Shown here: piece by piece, positions 20,493 to 29,102 of the stretch
Numbering within the stretch: the stretch's first letter is position 1
Layout: every line of letters begins with the position of its first letter
Assembly: GCA_963669415.2 (NCBI GenBank)
Contig: CAXXPS010000001.1
Location: forward strand, 499,614 to 563,613
Length of the DNA: 64,000 nt
Origin: Rhizobiaceae bacterium
GTDB lineage: Bacteria; Pseudomonadota; Alphaproteobacteria; Rhizobiales; Rhizobiaceae
Direction: 5' to 3'
Position numbers and translations under genes: made by a program
Notes under the pieces: generated by a model
Database searches by the model: none
What the model saw: only the letters and a program-made list of their open reading frames with translations
Told to the model about the DNA's origin: nothing

Positions 20493-21500
20493 ATGTTCAG
20501 GCCCGTATTTTTGGTAGCCCTCATTCCGGTGTTCTTGTTGCAGGGGCTGCCGCCTGCCACCGCGCAGACGGACGGTGAGACCGCCCGCATGCTGTCGGTA
20601 GAATATGTGGACGGCAGGTTGAGCGTAGAGGCCCGCAACGTACCGCTTGGCCAAGTGCTTCGCGCGGTCGGCGGCAAAGCCGGTTTTGAAACACGTCAGG
20701 CATCCGGCATCGAAAAACCATTCACGGGCCAGTTCACTGGACTGAGCCTGTCTGAGGGATTGTCACGCATACTCGGCAAATCGGCTTCATTTGTCGTCAA
20801 ATATGGCGAAGGTGGAAAACCGCAGCGGCTTGTCATTCTGGCAATGCCGGAAGGCCAGACGCAGGCAGATATCGTGGTGGCAGGCACAAAAGCGATACCG
20901 GAGCAAACAACTGACGGACCGGTGTCGAGCGATAGCCGCGACTGGATCAAGTCTCAACTGAACGCAAATGAGCCGGACGCTCGAATTGCTGCGATCTGGC
21001 AATTGCGCGGCCTGCAACCGGATGAGGCCACCACACTTGCAACAGATGCGTTGCGGGTGGAGACGGATGCCCGGGTCCGCGCCCGTATTGCGTCCCTGCT
21101 CGGGCAGATCGGTGGTCCGGAGGTGATCCACGCACTCATTGATCTGCTGACCGACCCGTCGGTCCGCGTTCAACAGTCGGCAGCCTTAGCCCTGGCAGCC
21201 TCCGGCAGCGAGGCAGCTGACCACGCGCTTGGCCTTGCGCTTTTGCGCAAGCTTGGCGACGAGCAACTGCGCATCATGATCGTGGATCTGCTTGCCGGCC
21301 GGAGATCGCCAATTGCACTAGACTATTTGAAGACCGTCTCACTCAGCCTGGGTGGCCCGGTGGCGGAAAAGGCTCAGGCTTACGTGTCCGGACATTTACC
21401 GGTCCGCAGTTTCAGCGCCGCAGATACCGGTGATGCAGAAACCGTCGACCAGCCGGTTCGCTCGCAATTTCTCACCCTGGCTGCGCCGCTCGCCAAATAG
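20493..21500 (+). CDS. secreted HEAT-repeat protein with STN-like N-terminal module
   Basis: Signal peptide MFRPVFLVALIPVFLLQGLPPATAQ. It has an STN-like segment VEARNVPLGQVLRAVGGKAGF and PBS-lyase/HEAT-like repeats (ARIAAIWQLRG, VRARIASLLGQIGGPEVIHALIDLLTDPSVRVQQSAALALA). GTG 20484 is an alternative start. Confidence 0.6.
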   Translation: MFRPVFLVALIPVFLLQGLPPATAQTDGETARMLSVEYVDGRLSVEARNVPLGQVLRAVGGKAGFETRQASGIEKPFTGQFTGLSLSEGLSRILGKSASFVVKYGEGGKPQRLVILAMPEGQTQADIVVAGTKAIPEQTTDGPVSSDSRDWIKSQLNANEPDARIAAIWQLRGLQPDEATTLATDALRVETDARVRARIASLLGQIGGPEVIHALIDLLTDPSVRVQQSAALALAASGSEAADHALGLALLRKLGDEQLRIMIVDLLAGRRSPIALDYLKTVSLSLGGPVAEKAQAYVSGHLPVRSFSAADTGDAETVDQPVRSQFLTLAAPLAK

Positions 21501-21623
21501 GCCTTGCAAAGCAGGAGCCATCCACACAGACAGAAGCGGTCCACGGCCGGACGTTGCTCATTGAGTGATTGAGCGCCCGTTATAAACTGTTACTATCCTG
21601 ATCCCAGGCGGCGTGAATAGAGA

Positions 21624-23114
21624 ATGTCTGCGCACAACAATCAAACATACGAAGTTGCAATAATTGGACTGGGGCCGGTCGGAGCGGCGCTGGCGAACCT
21701 GCTGGGTCAAATGGGTATCTCGACTGTGGTGTTGGAACTTGCCACCGGGATCAATCAACTGCCGCGCGCGGTGGCATTCGACGACGAGGTAATGCGGATA
21801 TATCAGGCCATGGGACTGTCGGCGGAAATCGGCGAAATCTCAGAAGTTGGTGAAGGTGCGAAATTTGTCGACAGTGCCGGAAAAACACTCGTTCACTGGC
21901 AGCGCCCGATGGAGAAGTCGCCAAACGGCTGGTATCTGAACTATCGGTTCAATCAACCGGATCTAGAACGCACGTTGCGCGATGGGACGACACGGCATCC
22001 GTCCGTGACCTTGAAGCCGGGCTGCGAGGTGATTGGCCTCCAAGACAAGGGGAACGAGGTACATGTCACTTATGTTGATGACGGCGAGGAGCGTTCATTG
22101 GGCGCAGCCTATGTTGTTGGTTGTGATGGAGGCCGGTCTTTTACCAGAGCCCGAATAGGAGCGAAATTCGAAGACCTCGGCTTCCATGAGGAATGGTTGA
22201 TTGTGGATCTGTTGTTGCCGGAACGCGAAGCGGAGCCCGACCGCTACACTTATCATTATTGCGGGTTTTCCCGGATGGGCAGCAAGGTATTTGTTGGTAG
22301 CAAGCGCAAGCGGTGGGAATTTCGCCTGAACGATACCGACGACCGCGAGACTGTTCGGTCACCCGAAACGATCTGGAAGATCCTGGAGCCATGGATCAGC
22401 CCGACTGAAGCCAAATTTGAACGCACCGCGCTTTACACCTTTCACTCAACGATTGCCGATAATTGGCGCAATGGCCGCATTCTCTTGGCTGGCGACGCTG
22501 CCCATCAAACGCCGCCTTTCATGGCACAAGGCATGTGCGCGGGTATCCGGGATGCCTCGAATTTGGCGTGGAAGCTGGAGCGGGTGCTTCGCGGCGCATC
22601 GCCAGATCAACTGTTGAACACCTATCAAAACGAACGCTCGCCGCATGTGCGCGAATATATCAGGCTCACCATTGAATTCGGCAAGCTCATCAACAGCACC
22701 GCCAAGTCGCTGACATTGGGCAATCCAACGGATATCGGCGAGGGGAGGCAGGCCATTTCGCAGTTGCGGCCGAAACTGGGGGCCGGACTATCCGCCGGAG
22801 ATACGTCGCATCGCGGGCGCATGTTGCCTCAATTCGCTCTCAGCGACGGACGCCTTTTGGATGATGTGGCCGGATATCGCCCCGCATTGGTACTTGCAAG
22901 CCGGGCAGCCGAGGAATTCGACGAAAGCCTTTGGTCGGGCCGCCCGGAGACAGGTGTCGAAATCGTCGGCAATCCCGGTCCTGAGCTGATTTCCTGGCTT
23001 AGGGAAGCCGGCGCGGTGGCGGTGTTGATCGGGGCTGACCGGAATATTTTGGGATCAGCACGGACAATTGAAGAAATCTCAGTATTGCACCCATCCAGAT
23101 GGAGATATTCCTGA
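21624..23114 (+). CDS. FAD-dependent aromatic-ring monooxygenase (MhpA-like hydroxylase family)
   Basis: It has the GxGxxG motif VAIIGLGPVGAALAN, the motif GCDGGRS, and the FAD-ribityl motif LAGDAAHQTPPFMAQGMCAGIRDA. 496 aa. Confidence 0.85.
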   Translation: MSAHNNQTYEVAIIGLGPVGAALANLLGQMGISTVVLELATGINQLPRAVAFDDEVMRIYQAMGLSAEIGEISEVGEGAKFVDSAGKTLVHWQRPMEKSPNGWYLNYRFNQPDLERTLRDGTTRHPSVTLKPGCEVIGLQDKGNEVHVTYVDDGEERSLGAAYVVGCDGGRSFTRARIGAKFEDLGFHEEWLIVDLLLPEREAEPDRYTYHYCGFSRMGSKVFVGSKRKRWEFRLNDTDDRETVRSPETIWKILEPWISPTEAKFERTALYTFHSTIADNWRNGRILLAGDAAHQTPPFMAQGMCAGIRDASNLAWKLERVLRGASPDQLLNTYQNERSPHVREYIRLTIEFGKLINSTAKSLTLGNPTDIGEGRQAISQLRPKLGAGLSAGDTSHRGRMLPQFALSDGRLLDDVAGYRPALVLASRAAEEFDESLWSGRPETGVEIVGNPGPELISWLREAGAVAVLIGADRNILGSARTIEEISVLHPSRWRYS

Positions 23115-23224
23115 GCATCCAGGCCCTCTACTGGCTGCAAGCTTCACGAGCGTCCATTTCTGATGCAATTCAGGCGTCAATCCTTTGAAAAGGCAAGTTC
23201 AACATTTTGGCTCTGATCTGGCCT

Positions 23225-24124
23225 TTAGCCCGGCAGTTGCCCGCCGTTTTCCAGCCAGTCAGCGTCAACATCAGGCAGGAGTTCCTCCATCCTTGACCGG
23301 TACAGAGCCAGTTCCTCATCATCAAGTTTGCCAACCCATTTTTTGCTGCTGGCGCTGTCATAGAAAGCAGCAGGATCTTTGAAAGTTGACGAACTTTGGA
23401 CGCCATGGTCCAGCGCTTTTTGAGCGTTCGCCTGGACTTGTTCAAACTGCAGGCTGTCTGAAATCTTGCTCAGAAGACCCGTGTCATAGTGATATCCCAA
23501 CAAATTGGAGGCCCTTGTCGTTTGCCCGGGTAAATCTCGCCGCATATCCGCATAGTGAAAAAAGTGGATATTTGGCAGCTGGCTCCAGGCCTTAAAGGTC
23601 TTGTAATGGTGAACAATCGAACCAAGGGTGACGCCATCCGCCATCAGGTCTGGTTTCACGTCCTCGAGAAAAAAGGAGAAGGAAACAGAAGGCGCCTCAC
23701 GCATCCTTGGATCAAGCATTTCCAACTTCAGATTTTGCGCATGTTTACGCATCGAGAAATGGGCATCAATCGGATGACGATAGACAACGAAGTAAGTGCA
23801 GGACGGACTATATGAAATGCCATCGAGCGGTGTGTGGGTCTTGATGCATCGCCTGTGAGTCTGAGAGGCAAACAATGATGAGATTGCCTCTTGATCGCGA
23901 AATCCTGGATCAAGCCAGACAGAGATATCGTCAATTCCGACATCCATTCCCGGCTTGCCGAAGATCAGGGACATGACCAAAGATTGCATCCAAGTGGTGC
24001 CACATTTCGGTGGCGTGGCGACAATCACATCATTGGCACGCAAGTCGAACCGATCCCACGCTCGTGAGTCCGTCAACGTGGAAATGTACTGCATCGATTT
24101 TGTTGGATGATTTTGACCAGACAT
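23225..24124 (-). CDS. PAPS-dependent sulfotransferase (Sulfotransfer_1-like)
   Basis: It has the 5'-PSB loop PPKCGTTWMQS, the KTHTPL motif, and the 3'-PB-like VVYRHPIDAHFS motif. 299 aa. Confidence 0.8.
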   Translation of the reverse strand: MSGQNHPTKSMQYISTLTDSRAWDRFDLRANDVIVATPPKCGTTWMQSLVMSLIFGKPGMDVGIDDISVWLDPGFRDQEAISSLFASQTHRRCIKTHTPLDGISYSPSCTYFVVYRHPIDAHFSMRKHAQNLKLEMLDPRMREAPSVSFSFFLEDVKPDLMADGVTLGSIVHHYKTFKAWSQLPNIHFFHYADMRRDLPGQTTRASNLLGYHYDTGLLSKISDSLQFEQVQANAQKALDHGVQSSSTFKDPAAFYDSASSKKWVGKLDDEELALYRSRMEELLPDVDADWLENGGQLPG

Positions 24125-24239
24125 GACAAACGAAATTCCTTATCCCTGAAAATCGGTCTCTCACCACGATAATCGGTGCGGCGTTAATTCCAAGCGAGAG
24201 ATTAATGGTTCCTGACCCCAGGGATGTCCGCTGCTCAGA

Positions 24240-25364
24240 TCACTTCTTTGCAAACAGCCTCTTCACCCGCTCGTAAGCCGGGGAGGTTACATCCTGGATG
24301 ATCTGCAATTCCTGCTCCGAAAATGACGGCTTGTAGTATTGCTGCGCGTGAATGTTGTTTTCGGCCCAGTCGACCATTTCGTTATCGTGACCCAGTCCGC
24401 ATCTGGAAACGATCATACGGCAATAGTCTGCGGGATTGGCGCACAGCGCCTCATAGGAAAGCAGGGTCGTCTGTTCGCCTATGCCGGCAGAATTCTCGAC
24501 GACACCGGCGATGTGATTGTGGATCATCGACCAGTACAATGCCCAGCCCCTGACCTCATCGCCATCTGACCAATGCCTGATTATTTCTGCGGTCTGATCC
24601 TGATCGATGTTGATCGGGCTGCGATCGAGGCCAAACTCGTAATGTCCGATCTGTGCCAGATAGAGGCGGGCATCGGGCGATTGCTGTTGCCCCTTGGCAA
24701 ACAGTTTGTGTTGCTTCATCGACGAAGCTATATGCATTGCCGGATCGCGGACCGGGATGACAAAGCGGCCGCGGGGGAACAGCTTGTGCAGATAGCCAAT
24801 TCTGGCAATGTGGTAATTGCCTTTGGCGAGATAGCGCGACCGGTCCCGCACCATCAGCAGCTTTGCCATGTGCCTCTTGTAAAAGCGTTCAAACTCGTCA
24901 TTCGATGTTTCATCATCCATGACATTCGATGTTGAAGCGTCATGGCAGTCTGAAAAGAAATGCATCCATAGCGGTTCTTCCATCGCTTCAGGACTTTCCG
25001 CCGAGACCATCAAGCCGTCCTTGTGCGAGCGTTCACCGAGCTCCGACGGTTTTCTTGCGGCCAGACCGACAAAGCGGTTCCACCAGTAGGGTGTGAATAC
25101 AAAGGGATAGTCGAGATAGCGCTGGCTTGCCGTATCGGGATGACGGGAAAGCATCTCCAGCAATACGGTCGTACCGGACCGTGCCAGACCGCAGACAAAA
25201 ACCGGTTGGGAGATGTCGATGGTGTCGATCTGCTCATCAAGAAACCGGCTTTCAAGCGAAGCGAGTTTTGCCAGCGCGTTGCCGTGACGGGCCAGAAGTC
25301 GCGAACCGAACGCGTTCAATCGCGGGACATCGAAAATGGTTTCCTGTGCAGCAGTCTTTGCCAT
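24240..25364 (-). CDS. sulfotransferase family protein (Sulfotransfer_3-like)
   Basis: It has the P-loop-like GLARSGTTVLLEML motif and a later PVRDPAMHIASS motif. 374 aa. Confidence 0.7.
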   Translation of the reverse strand: MAKTAAQETIFDVPRLNAFGSRLLARHGNALAKLASLESRFLDEQIDTIDISQPVFVCGLARSGTTVLLEMLSRHPDTASQRYLDYPFVFTPYWWNRFVGLAARKPSELGERSHKDGLMVSAESPEAMEEPLWMHFFSDCHDASTSNVMDDETSNDEFERFYKRHMAKLLMVRDRSRYLAKGNYHIARIGYLHKLFPRGRFVIPVRDPAMHIASSMKQHKLFAKGQQQSPDARLYLAQIGHYEFGLDRSPINIDQDQTAEIIRHWSDGDEVRGWALYWSMIHNHIAGVVENSAGIGEQTTLLSYEALCANPADYCRMIVSRCGLGHDNEMVDWAENNIHAQQYYKPSFSEQELQIIQDVTSPAYERVKRLFAKK

Positions 25365-25389
25365 GTCGTAGCCTGTTTCAGTTGTCCGG

Positions 25390-26157
25390 TTACTTGATCC
25401 GCAAAACGAACTTCATGCCGAGAGAAGCTAACAACAAAGCCATGAAGAACGGCAGCGCCCATTGATGGGGAAAGACGACGTGCTCGGCAAACAATGCACG
25501 CGGCGCGGTTTCGATCACCAATGTGTCGACCGGCGTTCCGGCGGGAAGTGCGCCTGCATTTGCTCCGAACAGCGACTTCATCATGCCGGGTGCGGCAGCA
25601 AGCCCCGGTGAAGATCGATGTGTAATTTCAAAAATCAGATTTCCACTGACATCGGTGATCGGCAGTTTTTCACCTTCATCCGGCCAGTTGATCAACCAAC
25701 CGGCAGCCAGTTTTTGACCACTTTCGATGTTGATGGATTCGGGCTTTTCTACCAGAATCGCAGCCACGGAATTGGGTTCGGGCTTGGAAAGCGCGTAGTT
25801 TGCCTCGACCCATATGGCGAGAAAAATGACCGGAAGCGCCGAGATCAGCGCCGGCAGCAGCGAAATCCCCAAACGTTTTCCGCCGAGCTTAAGCGACTGT
25901 TTGACCAGGCCGCGATAACCGGGCTCGGATACATCGATCGAATTGAGCTCTTGCCGGATTGATTGAATATCTGCAGCAAGTTCGTTCAGTCGCGCCTGCG
26001 CGGAAATTCGCCGATAGATCGCCATGGAGCAGAGCCCGGCCAGAATGCCCCAGAAAACCAGCCTTGCCCAAACCGGCAGGAACGAAAGAGTTGAATCAAC
26101 CGAAGAAAACAACGGGTTGAATGCACCGAAAACCGAGAATTGCTCGAAATAACTCAT
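25390..26157 (-). CDS. membrane protein of unknown function
   Basis: 255 aa with about 3-4 hydrophobic helices. Its start overlaps the upstream stop in an ATGA arrangement at 26154-26157. Confidence 0.5.
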   Translation of the reverse strand: MSYFEQFSVFGAFNPLFSSVDSTLSFLPVWARLVFWGILAGLCSMAIYRRISAQARLNELAADIQSIRQELNSIDVSEPGYRGLVKQSLKLGGKRLGISLLPALISALPVIFLAIWVEANYALSKPEPNSVAAILVEKPESINIESGQKLAAGWLINWPDEGEKLPITDVSGNLIFEITHRSSPGLAAAPGMMKSLFGANAGALPAGTPVDTLVIETAPRALFAEHVVFPHQWALPFFMALLLASLGMKFVLRIK

Positions 26158-27809
26158 TGGCTTGTTTCCGCCATCTGGTCACCGGCTTCGGTGCCGGCCC
26201 CAATGAGTTTCCCCGAAAAGAAATCGATTGGAACACGCGTCATTTCCAACAGATCGGAGGTCCGGTCGTTGTCGGGACCGTAGCGTCTGGTCGGGCGCCA
26301 TTCCCAAACCAGTTTTCCCGATCTGTCGAACTCCAGGGCTCGGGCACTTTGACTTGAAGAAATCAGGCGGTTGCCATTTGGCAGTATGTCGACCGCGCCA
26401 TAAACGTAACTCGAGAGATTGAGGCCATTGGCACGATCTGCGATCCACTTGTAGTCTTGGGTCAGGGGATCCCATTCAACGACCCGGGATGCGCGGTTTC
26501 GTCCACCGGAGTTATCGTACAACAATATCGTTCCATGATTTGTTAGTATCGGTTCATGCTGCCTGACCCAATTGCCCGACGCAGCCCAGGTGATTTTTCG
26601 GGAAACGGGATCCAGCAAGGCGATCAAATTGAGGCTGCGAAGGGAGACCAGAATGTCTCCTTCCTTGGCAAATGGCAGACCGCGGGCCTGGGCGCCTGTC
26701 ACATAGTTTGCGGTGTTCATGTGATACGGATCGCCGGCATCATTGTTGTGGGCAATAACTGTCAGATGACTGGCGTAGGCGGTGCCTTCGAAAGCGGCGG
26801 CGATGCCAATTCGGTCAATTTCTGTGCCATCCGGCGAAAGAATGGCGACGCCCTCGTCGAGGTAGGGTACTTTTGCTTCAGGGGCGAATGCCGGCGGCTG
26901 GTGGCTGATCTCCTGATAGAGCGTGATGATGCGGCCATCCGGCGCAACATCGATGGAATGATGATAGTGGTCCGGTCGAGCCCAAACGATTCTGGAATTC
27001 CAGTCGAGCTTCACAAGCGCAACGCCATATGGCGTTGTACGAAAATTGTCCAAAATTAGTAGCAAACTGCCGTCACTCAGCGGCTTTATTCGCCGCCAGT
27101 ACATTGCTCTTGTATCGCCGGTGAATGGTTTGCCGGCTGCGGCATATGCTCTGGTGATCGCAGTGCGGTCCAGTTCCCAGCGGTGGATTTCATCACCTTT
27201 CATGTCGAGCAAACGGGCTGAATGCTCCATCGACGAGAGTTCGATATTGTAGCCTTCAAACGCCTTTTCGGTATCATGCACCACCACACCCGACGCCGAA
27301 GCCGGAAAGCGCTCCGGCCTCGTGTGCCGGCTCAGATTTACATCACCGATCCCGTCCAGGCCGAATTGGGCGGCGGCAATCCAGTCGTGAAAAACCTCCC
27401 GTGAGGTTTCATGCCAGCCGGCAGCCCCGAACAGCACGGCAAAGACCAGTATTGCGGTGCTGGAGCCGGATTTGCGGCGTTGTGGAACCTTCGACGCGGG
27501 CAAGGCAGCGGGGGTTGGATCGGCCTGGGTTTGAGCGCCAGCGGCAACGCCGTGGCTCTGGCGTTTCTTGCCCATTGACAGGACAGATTTGGCCGACCAG
27601 CGAATGAGCGCCCAGCTTGCCAGAAACAGGACCGAAACCAGGCCGGCGAGTGCGCCAAGAACGCTGACACCGGCTCCCGGTCCGATATAGGCATGAGCGG
27701 GCTCCGCCATCAGCAACAATGACGGTCCCGCAGCAAGCAAGGCGCCAAATTCGAGCTTTCTCAAAACTGCAACTACCTGTGATCGACCCGGTTTTGTCGG
27801 GTCATTCAA
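26154..27809 (-). CDS. membrane-anchored arylsulfotransferase-like (ASST/Arylsulfotran_2) beta-propeller protein
   Basis: The N-terminus has the AYIGPGAG helix plus a second TM helix. The C-terminus carries the motifs HHSIDVAPDGRI, DPYHMNTANYV, ILVSLRSLNLIALLD and QHEPILTNHGTILLYDN, which resemble PAPS-independent aryl-sulfate sulfotransferases. Confidence 0.55.
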   Translation of the reverse strand: MNDPTKPGRSQVVAVLRKLEFGALLAAGPSLLLMAEPAHAYIGPGAGVSVLGALAGLVSVLFLASWALIRWSAKSVLSMGKKRQSHGVAAGAQTQADPTPAALPASKVPQRRKSGSSTAILVFAVLFGAAGWHETSREVFHDWIAAAQFGLDGIGDVNLSRHTRPERFPASASGVVVHDTEKAFEGYNIELSSMEHSARLLDMKGDEIHRWELDRTAITRAYAAAGKPFTGDTRAMYWRRIKPLSDGSLLLILDNFRTTPYGVALVKLDWNSRIVWARPDHYHHSIDVAPDGRIITLYQEISHQPPAFAPEAKVPYLDEGVAILSPDGTEIDRIGIAAAFEGTAYASHLTVIAHNNDAGDPYHMNTANYVTGAQARGLPFAKEGDILVSLRSLNLIALLDPVSRKITWAASGNWVRQHEPILTNHGTILLYDNSGGRNRASRVVEWDPLTQDYKWIADRANGLNLSSYVYGAVDILPNGNRLISSSQSARALEFDRSGKLVWEWRPTRRYGPDNDRTSDLLEMTRVPIDFFSGKLIGAGTEAGDQMAETSQ

Positions 27810-27988
27810 CCGCCAAAACGTTTAATTGTCGTGAAGGCGGCGGCATCGGTGAAACGGGACCAGCGACCGCTGGCTGTCGGGGATAATCGAGACTGACCGC
27901 CTGCCGGTCCCCGCTTGCCCCGCTTCCCACCATCCCTCATAATTGGTTTTGCTAATATGATACGGGTATGTGCCCGCTGGGAGGCCTC

Positions 27989-29068
27989 ATGGTTCGTGCA
28001 TGTCTGGTTGTTATCGCGTTTTTAACACTCTGCTTGCCCGCTCAATCGCGAGTGGTTGAAAGCTTCAAGTCCGGCGGCTGGTCGGGCGACGCATATGTCA
28101 GCGACGGTACCGGACTGTTTTCTTCCTGCGCGGCGATCGCCAGATATCGCTCGGGCATTTCCATGAGCGTTGAAGTCGATTCCAACTATTCGTGGTGGAT
28201 TGGCTTTTCCTCGCCAAGCTGGACCATGACCACCGGCGAGAAGATCGGCCTTCAATACCGCATCGATCGCGGTTCCTGGCAAAGCGGTACGGCGATCGCA
28301 ATGTCGCCGCAACTTGCGCGCATGCCGATGCCGGCCGATGGCTATATTGTCCGGCGCTTTCGCCGTGGCAACGTGCTCTATGTGCGCGACAGCCAGAACT
28401 CATACCAATTCCGGCTGACCGGCACTTCGAGACTGCTGGCGCGGCTTGCGCGCTGCGTCGAGCAGAATGTCGCCCGCTACGGCAAGGGTCCGGGCCTTTC
28501 AGACGGGCCTTCTGCGGCGACCGCTGAAAAGACGCCGGTTGTTCAATCGCCCGAGCCCGCGGCAGAAACGCCGCCCGTCGATCCAAAGCTGCAGATCGAG
28601 GCCACACAGGCGCTGTTCAACCTGATGGCGGTGACCGGCCAGACAGGGCTGAAACTTGTCAACGAAGCCGACCGGCCGAAGGATCTGAAGGGGCTGCACG
28701 CCGTGGCTGGAAACGACGCGCGGACAATCGTGACGCACATCTTTGTTGAAAATGAATTTGCCAGCCAGACTGAAATCATGGCGCAGATGATTTTCGACGC
28801 GGCAAAAGGCTGCGAAGGCGATTTCTCCTCCGGCTTCAGCGCCGACGCGGTTGAGGGCGCAGACCTGTTTGCCGGCAGGTCATCCTGTGTTGCCGGTGAT
28901 GTCGAGCGGCTGGAGCGCTATGCAATTGTCGCCCGTGACAACAATAGCGCATTGGTTTTTGGCGTTGCCGAAACTTCGGTTGGTGAAGGCGGCGGCGAAG
29001 CGTCCGGCCCCGCCACAGAACTCAGCGATGACGCCTTTCACAGTGCTGTGGTGAAAATCACCGATTAG
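27989..29068 (+). CDS. secreted hypothetical protein
   Basis: A GGGAGG RBS precedes the start. It has the signal peptide MVRACLVVIAFLTLCLPAQS and a Pro/Ala-rich linker at mid-length. I recognise no family. Confidence 0.5.
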   Translation: MVRACLVVIAFLTLCLPAQSRVVESFKSGGWSGDAYVSDGTGLFSSCAAIARYRSGISMSVEVDSNYSWWIGFSSPSWTMTTGEKIGLQYRIDRGSWQSGTAIAMSPQLARMPMPADGYIVRRFRRGNVLYVRDSQNSYQFRLTGTSRLLARLARCVEQNVARYGKGPGLSDGPSAATAEKTPVVQSPEPAAETPPVDPKLQIEATQALFNLMAVTGQTGLKLVNEADRPKDLKGLHAVAGNDARTIVTHIFVENEFASQTEIMAQMIFDAAKGCEGDFSSGFSADAVEGADLFAGRSSCVAGDVERLERYAIVARDNNSALVFGVAETSVGEGGGEASGPATELSDDAFHSAVVKITD

Positions 29069-29102
29069 CAGCAATGAGCGGTCCCGCAGATCACCGGAGA
29101 TC

